DNA of 63,833 nt, counting the filler, from Asterionella formosa (taxonomy: Eukaryota): the NCBI GenBank assembly GCA_002256025.1. It is 20 parts of 20 records of this genome, joined end to end, with 100 filler letters (N's around TTAATTAATTAA, not from the genome) between each part and the next. Parts side by side here need not be neighbours in the genome. Positions count along the whole stretch, not along the records: positions 60,739 to 63,833 come from NKIB01014496.1; 19 more parts are not named here. The stretch is one strand, 5' to 3'. The position numbers and the translations under genes were made by a program. Of this stretch, positions 63,301-63,833 are shown one piece after another; within the stretch, counting starts at the first letter, position 1, and every line of letters begins with the position of its first letter. The notes beneath the pieces were generated by a model, which saw only the letters and a list, made by a program, of their open reading frames with translations, was not told where the DNA came from and made no database searches.

Positions 63301-63833
63301 TCTTGATTAACCCGAACATACATCCATGGTTTACCCTGGAAGGTGCGTTAATTGCGCCATCTGCGCACTTTTTTGGTTTCAGCCCGCCTGAAGGGCTTTG
63401 TAAGTACGACCGACCGTTGGATTCGGCTGGCTTCCTATCCATGTTCGTCCTCTTAAGTAAATTTAAATTATAACCGCACTTAGTGATTTGGCGTTCCCTC
63501 TTTAATAAACCCTCCAATTTGCTCACTGCCCATCATTAATAGCAATTGCTCAGCCATTGCTCTCAGGAATTGCTCTTTGCTAAATATATTTGCTTAGTAC
63601 CAGGTACCTCAAATTTTTGCTCATAGCTAAAAAAATTTGCTCAATGCCACGAACTATTTCATTTTCACATTGCATTCAAGTCAAGAAACAAGCAACTCAT
63701 TGAGAGTTCTGGAGGTCTCGGTCAGTGGCACCATAAAGCAACAATCAACAGATCATGGCGGCTGTTCTACATTTTCTGTAGCAAGTGACATTCAAGAAGG
63801 GACTGGGATCATTGGGAAGAAAAATTATTAGGA

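Overview
This is not one locus. It is 20 unrelated ~3.1-kb eukaryotic contigs joined by 19 artificial 100-bp spacers (N44-TTAATTAATTAA-N44), so no synteny can be read across spacers. The source is very probably a diatom: an ASAFAP-type plastid targeting signal, CoDi-like Ty1/copia elements, short GT-AG introns, and diatom-style LRR, PPR, CRAL-TRIO and Reeler-like genes. Transposons dominate: several Ty1/copia pieces (one fully open gag-pol, a solo LTR with a perfect TSD, nested insertions, a half-tRNA PBS), decayed Plavaka-like and Crypton-like elements, a TTAA-flanked Kolobok-like non-autonomous element, a TA|CCGTA-ended TIR family and a tRNA-Ala-derived SINE-like head. There are about 8 plausible host genes and several truncated gene fragments (MGDG synthase, PPTase, DAP3, FkbM, 6-PGL). 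The most unusual signal is a pervasive non-coding palindrome family, TA-CCGG-TA / TA-CC(A/T)GG-TA, which paralogue comparisons show being gained at TA sites; it may represent iterated transposon footprints. All calls were made by eye, with no database searches. No prokaryotic-type system (CRISPR, defence island) is supported.
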